NCBI RefSeq assembly: GCF_964355755.1
Contig: NC_092675.1
Span: forward strand, 23,222,912 to 23,286,911
Direction of reading: 5' to 3'
Length of the DNA: 64,000 nucleotides
DNA from: Antedon mediterranea
Lineage: Eukaryota; Animalia; Echinodermata
Below the pieces are notes generated by a model, which did no database searches, was not told the origin of the DNA, and saw only the letters and a list, made by a program, of their open reading frames with translations. Position 1 is the first letter of the stretch. Each line of letters begins with the position of its first letter. The translations under genes were made by a program, and so were the position numbers. Of the stretch, positions 13,401 to 25,013 are shown piece by piece.

Positions 13401-16026
13401 CCAAAAGATGTGCACGGAGTGAGAACTTTAAAGTGCCCATGTGTACACTGGTCCTCTGGTCTTAAGTCATCATCCGAGAAGACTTGTTTTATCAGAACTA
13501 TGGTTGAGGAGAGCTTTGAACGTGTCCTGATATTATGGCTACGATTAACTCTCATACCTCTCACATGTGGACGCCTTCCATAAGTAGACCCAGCTAATCT
13601 TGTTTAGTGTACAATTGAATTGTTTAAGTGTTTTTGTATTACAAACATGGGGTACAGGGTTCAATATCCATTCCTTTAAAACCCATTTTCCTGTTTTTAA
13701 AAAGAGATGTCTTTCTTTATCTTACCAACTATTCATAGCAAATAAAAGTAGACAAAACACTAATTTTACCATTGTAATAGTTTTAAATAGAAACTAGACA
13801 TCAATTCTGTCATAAAAGACAAGGACAAGGTCTGAGATAATCATTACATACAATTAATAATATTGACATCTTAAATTAAATTATTGTAGTGTGAATTCCC
13901 AAGCAAATCATTCAAGGTCAATTAAAGGTCATATTTTACACATGACTAAACAGATAGTGTTAATAATTGAAATAAACAATTTGATCAAGATTTCAAAGCA
14001 CTGTACATGTACAGGACTGTTTATCAGACTCTTCAGTTAAATCATGGACCTATAATTTATAGGTCCATGATTAAATAATCAGAAACATTCTAGCTAATGT
14101 CCTGGAAGAAAGTGGCTGTTTTTTCTTTTTTTCAATCAAATGTTCTCAGTCAAACATGGAAGAAATAGTTTTAATTAATTTAACACAAACAATGTGTGCA
14201 GAAAGTTGTTGTATGCCATCCCATGTACAGATCATCAGACATCAGAACTATTAACAATAATACAGTATTATACTGTATATTAAGACCTTTACATTTACAT
14301 AGATTCATGTGGGTATGGAGAGTTGGTTTGAGGGAGTAACATTCTAGTCGATTCTGCACTTGACAATGCACATAAATAACAACTTTAAAGACACCTTCCC
14401 TACGTTTTTTACATCTATTTTAAGATCACAAACTATATTTAATCTAAAAATAATACTATATGGTCCTATTGCAATAACTTTTTTCGTCTTTAAATGGTTA
14501 AAAATGTGAAAAATAAGCCGATTCTAATAATTATAGCGGCCCGCTATAAATCCCAAAATGCATTGCGCGCGGATTGATATTTCTGTTTTTCTTCTGTAAT
14601 TCACCCACTTTTCGATCGATCGTGAGGCCAAAACAAATGGAAGACTCCTAACTTTTCAGCGAAAAAAAACCGGGTTTTCCCCAATTTGTATCAACGGAGT
14701 CTGGCAAAAATAGAAAGACAATTAATGCAGCAACTATACAACGTCAGGCTAGGTATATCGCTAGCGTACGATGTTCATAAGTTACCAATGTTTACCAGCT
14801 AGGCCTACAAAACTATAAGCCTAGCTAGGCTAGGCCTGAAGACCGTCCACGAGAGGTCAGTCACCGCGAGCTACCTAGGTAGTGCATTGTTTCTCACTTT
14901 TTATCATAATTTACCATAAAACGTACATTTAAGACAAGGAATGACCTGGTTTAATGTTTTTAAAGTAATATATGTATCATTTTTACAAAACGTCACAAAT
15001 TGTAGGGAAGGTGTCTTTAAGTACAGTACGTTCCACAAGGTCAGATTGAAATTGTATAGGAAATATAGATTAGTTCTTCCATGGAGAATACCTTCAGTGG
15101 TTTAGGCTGCTCAAAATGAAGGCTCTTTTACCTTTGTTATTTGGTTCATTGATATTGTATTTTTCTACACTAAATGTTCCATTTAGAATTAGTATCATCA
15201 CAGTACTGACCTGTTCATAAAAGAAGTTAAATGTTACTTTATCCTTCTCCAGAAGCTCATGTGTACTTCTTGGTAGATATCGCACTCTTAACATGTATCT
15301 AAAACAAACAAAAAGAATGTTTTTTTGTATTCACTTTTAATATAATTTATACATATTAAAACAATCATTGGTTTGGTCTAAAAGTGGGATGTTTCAGCTA
15401 AATAATTTTGTTTCGCCCCTAAAAATTGGCCAAATCGTCCCACCAAAAGAAGGCTGAACCTGTGTCTGAATTCATCACTTACCTCCATTCTAATGTTGGA
15501 TGTATATTTTCATATTTACGTCGTACCTCACCAACAGTCAATTGTTGATTTAACCAATGGCTTTCATCACTATGGATATGTTGAAGCCTGATTGCATAGG
15601 AACCCTCAAAGGCAAGCTTTAACTTGGACAATCTACCAACAACTGCACGTATAACACTCTAAATTTAAATCAATAACAGTAAATTTAAAATGTATTGTCC
15701 TGTCCACTGCATTACATGCTAAAGTAAAGCAAATGAATGATTTGGAGTTCGACAAGTTTCTATTTCCTCTAACAAATCTGGCGAAATGGTGAGGGTTTCA
15801 ATCAACTATGATGTACAAAAAGAATGATAAAGTATCAACTTGAAATTTAGTATATAACACTGATAATGTTGTTGGTGGCAAAATAATCTTAATTTCTTCT
15901 ATGTGTAAAGGCTTTATTTACCTTGATATCAGTATGGTCTAAAACTTTCACAGAGTTAAAATTCCCATTAGGTTGGTAGACTTTGACAGTTAGTTTGTCC
16001 GCAGCTGGTTTGGTTGGAACTGCCAT
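1429..16026 (-). CDS. PTK2: Focal adhesion kinase (PTK2/FAK-like), N-terminal FERM-domain exons; gene continues beyond the left edge
   Basis: Phase-consistent GT-AG exons 15922-16026, 15483-15658, 15211-15298, 13111-13256, 12564-12618, 11935-12075, 10174-10251, 6012-6116, 1429-1540. They encode FAK-typical peptides [75 protein letters not shown] and [14 protein letters not shown]. An in-frame upstream ATG lies at 16038. Confidence 0.95.
4157..5410. mobile_element. Non-autonomous hAT-type DNA transposon
   Basis: TIRs cagtggcgtatc / gataccccactg; 8-bp TSD tacaaaac at 4149-4156 and 5411-5418. Confidence 0.85.
8955..9251 (-). mobile_element. tRNA-headed SINE with Deu/Nin-like core
   Basis: The minus strand starts with the A box TGGCCGAGCGGTTAAG and a B-box-like GGTTTGAGGC. 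The core GGATAAGGACTATAAAC...GCACTTTAAAGAA...GAGTAGGGGGTTACCCC resembles the Deu/Nin domain. Further copies at about 1115-1320 and 13365-13550. Confidence 0.75.
10983..11491. mobile_element. Kolobok-like MITE
   Basis: TIR agatgtattgtccc / gggacaatacatct; TTAA on both sides; AG...CT termini. Confidence 0.8.
14389..15016. mobile_element. Kolobok-like MITE
   Basis: TIR agacaccttccctac / gtagggaaggtgtct; TTAA on both sides. Confidence 0.8.
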
Positions 16027-17298
16027 TTTCTTGAACATCAACTATCTAACATCTTAGAACTACTACTGTACTGTATGCATTAAATAAAAAGAAAATACAA
16101 AATTGCACTATACAGATTACACACAAACAATTTATAATATAGTAGTATATATTGACAGTATATTATTAAAGTCTCAGTCTATGTGGGTGGGAGGTGGGGT
16201 GGTGTGTGCAGGTAAAGTACAATTAGCTGACCAATCCAGTCATCATTCACTTCGGTGTTCTTTTCCTGTGTGCCATTTCATTTTTGAGTTGTAATTGACA
16301 AAAATGCAACTTAACACAACTGGCTCACGCAAGTTAAGTAAAATTGCCGTAACGGTTAAGTTAGGGATGCTGAAAACAATTAATTAGTCATAAATTACAG
16401 TAATAGAGCTTTTGATTTGCAACGACAGATGACCTAAATAGGACTGGACAGGTCAATCGATGTCTCGTCGGTTGTCACCTGGACCTAGAAATCATTAAAT
16501 AAAACTGTTTCAGGGTGTGGAGCAAGGAAACGCATCCAAATATTAATAAAATAACATAACTGAAGTCTGGTTTTCGGTCATCACCAATCAAGACATCCTT
16601 ATCAGCAGGTTCAAGGCTGGTTTAAGAAGAGCATAGTGTTGTGAACGACACCCGCTGGGTAAACAGACCACCCCTCCGACCGAACGAGGGCGTCGCGCCG
16701 ATAGCTTGATTTGCATACAAGGGGTATGCGAATGTTAACGTGGGACCTCGACGTCGCCCAAACCGGACTATTCAAAGCAGGAAACCAAGCAAACAAGACG
16801 GAAGATACCGATTACATATACTGTATATTGACTTGGACTTGCTCTTTTACATTGCGTGTGATTTAGGACAAGCGGGACTGTTAAGGTAAGCCTAGTAGTA
16901 GCTTTAATTATCAGGCCATTCCAGCACCAACCTAAAATCACAACATTGGCGCTGCGAGCAAAAGCTCGGAAATTGTTTTTTTTTTTGGAGAGGCGGGAAC
17001 CTTGATTGCTTTGCATTCTTAACGTGATCGGGTCGATCACGAGGTATTTCGTCCTCCGAAATCTATTAACTTATTGTGCTTACGGTGCATTTGTTAGTTT
17101 ATTGAAGTTGGTATATTTATTGAAGGTATAACATACCGGTAAAGTTAATCACGTAGTATTGTGGCATTTGGATACTTGCTGATTAGAATAGCGTATCGAC
17201 GGGGTAGTCGATACGGACCGGGAGTTGTATTTTTTTTGCTATAGTTGAAGTATTAGTGGGCAGTTTATTAGGCCGTATCACCTGGTGGGATACTAGGC

Positions 17299-18683
17299 GT
17301 GGTGAGCAGCCCAGCCAAGCAGAAACCAACATGCCATCTGGGATGTGGTCGAGTGGCCAACATGCGGGTCCACGTCACGAAGATGCATGCTCCGGCGTGT
17401 TTTCGACCACTGGAACGAAGTTCTTGGCGGAGGGCACGAGTGCAGTGGCGGGCACTCACCAGTTTGGCAACGGAGGGCCTTGGTAAAGGCTTGACACCGG
17501 AAGACTTGAGGTGTCTCCTGAACGTCCAGCACCTAATGGGGGATGGCACTGATGTCCTACCTCCGGATAGGAAAACTCGTGGTGCCATCCTTATGCTGAC
17601 ACAGGTGATTGGAGGAAAGAGGCCCCCGCCTCTCACGATAGCTCCGGTTATCAGTCACCCATCGGCTCTCATACACTGGCGCTGTGTGATTGCTCTCATC
17701 GCTTCTTTTGGTGAAGAGCTGTTGAAGGAGTGTGGTCGTCGGGTTGAGGAGGAGGAGCTGGCAGTGGACCAGAGCGCCAAAAAGCCGACGAAAAGGAAAG
17801 CGGCAGGTAGAGAGCATGGAGAGCGACCGACCAAGCGCGATGCCCCGGCACCAAAGGATGGTAGATCAGTGGCGGCGCCACCAATTGTGCAGGGTACATC
17901 GGCCTCGCTTGGTTCGGCGCCCAAAGTGTTTGACGCCTGTTTCCATCTCGACCGGTTGTAGGGGGACCTGCAACTTTCCCGACGAGCGGACCTCTGGGAC
18001 GTGGAGCGAGCGGTGCGGGTGAAAAGTGGAACGTAGCCTGTGGAAGTGGTAGGCGGGATTGCCCTGTTTGGCGATCCAACCACTTACCCCACCGAGCGGG
18101 AGATTGGCAAGCAACGGCTGTGCGGTGGGCTTGGGAGTGGCTCCTGGCTACTCGCCGACAACGGTCCAATTCGATAGGCTTCTGGCCTTAGCCCGAACTC
18201 GAGATGTTCGAGTAATTGGGAGGGTGGGGTTTGACCATTCGGCCCCGCCTACGGATTGGCTGAGACAAGATCAGCTGCTAAAGAGGGTGTTGGGTCGGCC
18301 GCCACCACCGCATCCTGTGTCTTGGACATCCTACTTCTAAGTCGCGTGTTGAAGGAACAGCGGCTGCTTCTGGCAGACTATATGCTTCCACAGAAGCCGT
18401 AGCAACCGCCTACCTCCGGCATTTCCCCAGGACATACTTTAGCGTGACCAGCCGAGTGGCGGGCTTTACGGCCGATCAACGCAAGGGCTTGCGTTTCATC
18501 GCAACAAATGAAGATCGGCGAGTGCTGATGGGGTCCAACGGACCGGACTATCCTCCTGCCGGATACCCAGTCGGAGCACCTCATCTGTTGTGGGCGACCG
18601 CCGTCGCCGTGGGACAGGTGCTCGACCGGAGCCCCATGCAGGTCATTGATCTGACATGGAAGAACGGTCGAGATCTCCTTTGA
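17299..18683 (+). pseudogene. TatD-like (TIM-barrel nuclease fold) ORF inside the LTR element, disrupted by stops and frameshifts
   Basis: TatD-like segments in the correct order: VFDACFHLDRL, PVEVVGGIALFGDPTTYP, AVGLGVAP, VRVIGRVGFDHS...QDQLLKRVL, YLRHFPRTYFSVT, RRVLMGSNGPDYPP, TWKNGRDLL*. N-terminal CHLGC...H..H segment. The first codon is GTG, not ATG. Confidence 0.75.
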
Positions 18684-19189
18684 GCCCCTGGCTCACCCAC
18701 AACCAGAAGTTTTCAGTTTTTCCAGAAATTTTCCGTTTCAAAAGAAAATAGGTCCGTTTTACATTTATTTTCATTTATATCTTTCAGGTGGGGGACGGTG
18801 CTACAGGCATGCCCCACGGCCGGTGACTACCTGAAGAGATCGTTGGGAGCGGTCTACATAGCTAAGGGTATCGGGTATTTTTCACGTACGAAAATCACCC
18901 GGTTCACCTCCGAGGTGGATCCAGGACGGGGTGCCCGCTTTTCAAACACGGGAAGAGTGTTGTGAACGGCGCCCGCTGGGTAAACAGACCACCCCTTCGA
19001 TCGAACGAGGGCGTCGCCCCGATAGCTTGATTTGCATGTATGCAAATGTTAACGTGGGACCTCGACGTCGCCCGAACCAGTCTATTCGAAGCAGGGAACC
19101 AAGCAAACAAGACGGAAGATACCGATTACATATATTGACTTGGACTTGCTCTTTTACATTGCGAGTGATTTAGGACAAGCGGGACTGAA

Positions 19190-20033
19190 CCGATTCACCA
19201 CGATAAGCGCTTAAAGCGCTCATGAGAATGAAGATTATGTATCAGTTACAGTGTCTAAATTGTCATGTAAAAATGTGATTTTTCTACCGGAGAAAAGTCG
19301 TGAAGATGTCCTCACGAGGGCCGCGCCATATTGTTTACCTTTGATTGTAATATGAACCCTGACATGTCAGATGCATTATGGGCATGAAATATTTGTTCAA
19401 TCTCTGTGCAAAGGTCAGTTTATTGAAGCATAACTTTTGACAAACATTTTGATACCAAACTTTAATTTCATTAGTTTTCGACGCATTTTCGTCTAATTTT
19501 CTGCCAGTGCAAGCTACACATCTAAAACAGCGGACTAATCTCCCGAGGGATGCCGGTGCGCGTGAGAATCGCGAATTCCAAGTCGCTTTAGGGATGTTTT
19601 TTTTAACATTCCCGGTGAACAAACAGCGGCGACGACGCTCTCGGGGCGGCTCCCGATAGGCCTAGGCCCCATATGGTCATCGTCGGATGAGTCAGTCTAC
19701 TAATTTCTTCATAATTTCAAAACCGTTGGTCATTCATAATGGTCAAGTTTGGTCTTATTTTGAAGAGAAGAAATAGGTTATGATGAAGAGATGAGTTTTA
19801 TTATGAAATATTTATTAATTGTGCATTTGGTAGACAAAGATAAATTACAAATTTTTCCTAAAATATTTCTAAAATTTGCATATTCCATACTCCGCCAAAA
19901 TAAGTTGTAACACAAATTTGATAACATATTTGAAAATAAAATGTCTGTGTTTAGAAAAAAAGTTAGGGTTTAAATTATGTGACATATGCTTTTTGGGTCC
20001 CAGGGGAGCAAAATAAACTTGGGGGTCAATGGG
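19190..20033. mobile_element. piggyBac-like non-autonomous element inserted in the 3' LTR
   Basis: Interrupts the LTR at the TTAA that is intact in the 5' LTR (16881-84). Termini ccgattcacc / ggtcaatggg-TTAA; the left TTAA is reduced to AA. Confidence 0.75.
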
Positions 20034-20579
20034 TTAAGGTAAGCCTAGTAGCTTTAATTATCAGGCCATTCCAGCACCAACCTAAAATCACAACAATAGA
20101 AAAAAGTCTTTTGGATAACAAGTTTAAAGTGGAGGTATAACAAAATGGCTCGCACACTTATTTATTTATTTATTTAGTAAGTAGCCTAAAGCTTTAAAGT
20201 TTAGTTTGGATGCAGCACATCGATGATGCAAAGCACATTCAATACCGTGTCAGTTGTAAGTTGACCAATCATAAACAACAGTTCAGAATTAAAATCATAC
20301 AAATTGTTTGGACCTAGGCTAGGCTAGGCCTAGCTAGCATGAGCCAGAATTTACCCATCTCGTTTAGCTGCCAACCAGCATCATCTACTAGCCTGGCATA
20401 TCATCATCTCATCATGCATGATTTCCCACACACACACCACCGCCACGATATAAAACGAACAAGGATCTCGCAAAAAACCCGTTTTTATTACTATTCATCA
20501 TCAATATTACTGAGAAGGAGTAAAATCATAGCCTTGATGACATAAATAAGTATATGAGTAAACTCTAGAATATGAGAAA

Positions 20580-21000
20580 AACATACGTACTTCTGTTGCC
20601 AAACAAGCTTCTTTAGGTACCTAGGCCTATATTTATCGACAAACACTATCACTTCCGTACGTACGTAGTAGGTCGCGGTCCCTTTTTTTCAGGAGAGAGG
20701 AGACTATAAATCCACAAGGGTGGTGGCCTAGGAGAGGTGTGTTTGTGTGTGTAATATAAATTATGACCAACCACTAACTAGAGAGGGCGGTATCGTTCAA
20801 TAAGCAACCAACACAAAACAATCGCATTCCATCGGAGAGAGAGGGGCCGGGAGGCGACCGGGAGAGAGGATAGGCAGTTTGCTGCAGCACGTCGCTGAGG
20901 ATATGCCCTACATATATTGCATTTTTCTTGAGGTATTGCTTGTACCATTTGTTCGTGGGTAATTGTTTTCCACTGTAATTTCGCGTCAAGTGGCGTTACT
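20580..21000. promoter_or_regulatory. Probable bidirectional promoter region (FAK minus / PAQR plus)
   Basis: CpG- and GA-rich island between divergent genes; minus-strand donor AAG|GTACGT-like at about 20590; candidate plus-strand UTR exon 22043-22153 downstream. Inferred, with no transcript data. Confidence 0.45.
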
Positions 21001-22693
21001 TTTGTGTTTGTAACTCCCGCAAACCGTCATATAAATCTGATTACAGTATTTCTTCGTATCGTGTGTGTGATGAAAGAGGAACGTGACAGCAGCAAAGATT
21101 GACTTGACTGTTGCCGTGTGTTTCGAGGAACGGGGGATGACGGGGGATGATGTAGCCCTGGGCCTAGCCTAGGCCTACTAGTACTAGTACTAGAGGAAGG
21201 CTTGGGTGGGCAGGACTTAACGTCGAAGAAACCTAGTCTAGGCGGATCGTTTAGGCTAGGCTATCTTTTCAATTCATTCATGGTAGTTTTTAACTGTTGT
21301 AGCCTAGAGGCTAGGCCTGGTTAATTATGTTAAGCCTAGCCTAGGCTTGCTAGATCTATCTATATAGAATAGGGCCTAGCCTAAGGCCTAGCTACGCCTA
21401 TACTATAGTGTAGCCCTACTAGCTAGTAGTAGAAATAGAAGAGTGTAGCAGTTAGTAAGCCTAGATAGTAAAGTAGGCCTAGTAGTAGTAGCAGGTAGCC
21501 TACTATATAGTACTATACTACTACTAGGCGGGATGAAGCAAGCAAGCAAGTAAATGCTAGCTAACAATAAACATTCAATTATTATTAATCAATGTTATAC
21601 ATGTACATTTTAATTTATAGATACATTTTTACAATTTAATGTAAAAAACAGTAAAAATACTAAACTAAAAAGTTTAACAATATTAATATTTATTTTAACT
21701 TGTTTCTTGAAAGAAAGATGTATAGGGCCTATAAAGTTAAATTTTAATATTAATGTACTAGATACTATATCCTTTTATATCATAGATTAATGTGACCACT
21801 GTAGCATCTCTTTTACTGTAAATTAGTGTTATAACTACCTACTACTAGACCTATAAAATAGATTGTGAAGTAATTATTGGTCGTGTTGTATTTAAAAAAA
21901 AAAAAAAAAATTAATTATGGTATAATTAATATTCATATCATCATACTCGTCAGAACAAGTGCATAGGTGTGTTATTTGTATACATGTTGCAGACTTCTAT
22001 ATAGAATATTTTATTTTATGATTTTTTTTCTTTTTACCATAGGGTAATAAAAATCTGCTGTACCAAAACACTTTCCTGACCTTGATTGGACTTGCAGTTG
22101 ATAATGCCGTAAGGACTTGTGATTTTACCCAAGAAATTTAAATGCATTTTCAGGTAAATGGATTTATAATATCAAAATGTCCTACAATAAAACCTGGTGA
22201 ATAAGAATGTTTAGTTTTATTTATATGATATTAAGAGAAACTGTTATGTGGCTGATATAATACTTTTGTTTTTTGGTGCATCAATCTAGTTCCTGGTTGA
22301 CATTTAATATTTGTTTGTTCTTTTTAGAGTGTATGGTAGCTGAATTATTTTGTCTTGCATAGCTTGTTGGCTCCTTAAACAAACTTCAGCATCTGTTGAA
22401 AACAAATTTGCAATGATATAAAATATCAAGGTGCAAGATGTTATATATTTGTCTGTTACTCTACAGTATTATTTAATCGGGTCAATTTATGTACAGTATC
22501 TTTTATTCACATATTATAAATTTAATATAACACACTATCAAGGAAAAATTATTATTATATATATTTTGGTTCCATATGATGAACACTAATAAAATCTAGC
22601 ATATTTGAGCAATTGAATGCTGTTTAATTAAACTGTTTAATTAAACAGCATTCAATTGCATAATTGCATTCAATTGCATAATTGCATTCAATT

Positions 22694-24155
22694 ACGTAAT
22701 TTCTGTGATTTTCCATGAGAGCGTGTTTTTTAATTAAAGAGAATTTAATTGCTTAAATAGACTTGATTTTTTCTTGTTTGAGTTTACTTTAGTTTCATGT
22801 GATGAACACTAATAATTTCATTCAATAAAAATAAATTTAAAGGTACAGTTACGTAATTTCTGTGATTTTTCTTGAGAGCGTGTTTTTTAATTAAACAGCA
22901 TTCAATTGCTTAAATAGACCTGATTTTTTCTTGTTTGAGCTTAATTTAGTTCCATTTGATGAACACTAATAATTTCATTCAATAAAAATAAATTTAAAAG
23001 TACAGTTATGTAATTTCTGTGATTTTTCTTGAGAGCGTGTTTTTTAATTAAACAGCATTCAATTGCTTAAATAGACCTGATTTTCTCTTGTTTGAGTTTA
23101 CTTTAGTTCCATGTGATGAACACTAATAATTTCATTCAATAAAAATAAATTTAAAGGTACAGTTACGTAGTTTCTGTTATTTTTCTTGAGAGTGTGTTTT
23201 TTAATTAAACAGCATTCAATTGCTTAAATAGACCTGATTTTCTCTTGTTTGAGTTTACTTTAGTTCCATGTGATGAACACTAATAATTTCATTCAATAAA
23301 AATAAATTTAAAGGTACAGTTACGTAATTTCTGTGATTTTTCTTGAGAGCGTGTTTTTTAATTAAACAGCATTCAATTGCTTAAATAGACCTGATTTTTT
23401 CTTGTTTGAGTTTACTTTAGTTCCATGTGATGAACACTAATAATTTCATTCAATAAAAATAAATTTAAAGGTACAGTTACGTAATTTCTGTGATTTTTCT
23501 TGAGAGCGTGTTTTTTAATTAAACAGCATTCAATTGCTTAAATAGACCTGATTTTTTCTTGTTTGAGTTTACTTTAGTTCCATGTGATGAACACTAATAA
23601 TTTCATTCAATAAAAATTAATTTAAAGGTACAGTTACGTAGTTTCTGTGATTTTTCTTGAGAGCGTGTTTTTTAATTAAACAGCATTCAATTGCTGATTT
23701 TTTCTTGTTTGAGTTTACTTTAGTTCCATGTGATGAACACTAATAATTTCATTCAATCAAAATAAATTTAAAGGTACAGTTACGTAGTTTCTGTGATTTT
23801 TCTTGAGAGCGTGTTTTTTAATTAAACAGCATTCGATTGCTTAAATAGACCTGATGTTTTCTTGTTTGAGTTTACTTTAGTTCCATGTGATGAACACTAA
23901 TAATTTCATTCAATAAAAATAAATTTAAAGGATACAGTTACGTAATTTCTGTGATTTTTCTTGAGAGCGTGTTTTTTAATTAAACAGCATTCGATTGCTT
24001 AAATAGCTCTGATTTTTTCTTGTTTGAGTTTAATTTAGTTCCATGTGATGAACACTAATAATTTCATTCAATAAAAATAAATTTAAAGGTACAGTTACGT
24101 AGTTTCTGTGATTTTTCTTGAGAGCGTGTTTTTTAGTTAAATAACATTCAATTCA
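22694..24155. repeat. 157-bp tandem satellite, about 9.3 copies
   Basis: The acgta anchor recurs at 22694, 22851, 23008, 23165, 23322, 23479, 23636, 23782 (11-bp deletion), 23940 and 24097. Confidence 0.97.
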
Positions 24156-24334
24156 AATCTCCATTTTGTAACCACCATGAGTTCGGGTCCATTTAAACAA
24201 GCTGGGCAAGCTGTAAATTGTATTAATCCACTATGTATGCATATTGTTTGTATTATTCAATAATTTTGTAATGAATCGATACCATTAATTACAACAAACA
24301 AGTGGTAGGGCTACTTAAAATTATTTATGTGGTC

Positions 24335-25013
24335 CATAGTTACCAACCGTCTCGCATCGTTTGGGACGGTCCCGCATTTCAAGTGATTTTTAATGAAACA
24401 CGCGTTTAAACCTAAGTAGGCCTATATACGATGCGTTATCATTTTTAACACAATTTGAGAGGAAAATGCATTTAAATTAATTGGTATATTTTAAAAGTAT
24501 AGAACATTATACGAGTAGGCCTATTTATATTATTACACCACGCATCAATAAAATACGTAATATCAGGGAAAGTTACAATTAATGTGTCCGTGGTCGCTCG
24601 CCGTGACGAGGATGGGCCTATAACCATGTGGCGTTTGTCATGATCGCAATTACACATGACATGATTTTGTGTGCGTTTATAAAAGGAAACCCAATTTTCT
24701 TGCTATTGGTTGGTGGATCAGTTCAATTTTTACCCTCCAAAAAATGTTTTTTAATAAAATAAATTCATGAATCCGCATGAAAAACGTTGAATTATAGATT
24801 AACAAAAAAAGAGTAATATACAATCTAATAATATTTGCTTCGTTTACCGTACCGGAATACAAGAGGTGCCATTCATCATGAATTTTACGTGCGAGAGTAA
24901 TATTTCCGGCCATAGGAGTGCCAGTGAACTAAATTTGTTTCCATCGCAAGTCGCCACGAGGGGGTGGGGCCTGTAAATACGTATGTGTCCGATCACGCAG
25001 GTTGGTAAGTATG
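24335..25013. mobile_element. MITE (hAT-like termini)
   Basis: TIR catagttaccaacc / ggttggtaagtatg; gtggtc duplicated on both flanks. Confidence 0.65.

Larger units (their letters stand above)
16637..20095 (+). mobile_element. Non-autonomous LTR retroelement (Gypsy-type) with TatD-like cargo and no gag/pol
   Basis: 5' LTR 16637-16945 and 3' LTR 18958-20095 (interrupted), both with tgttgtga...tcacaaca termini. 4-bp TSD ATAG at 16633-36 and 20096-99. PBS tggcgctgcgagca at 16947 (tRNA-Ser-like). Purine tract gggaagag precedes the 3' LTR. Confidence 0.93.

Noticed and set aside
17256-18584. Many overlapping ORFs on both strands in the LTR interior
   Set aside because: By-product of high GC content; only the plus-strand pieces form a coherent TatD-like protein.
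22694-24155. CRISPR-like array
   Set aside because: Contiguous 157-bp units with no unique spacers, in a eukaryotic context with no cas genes.
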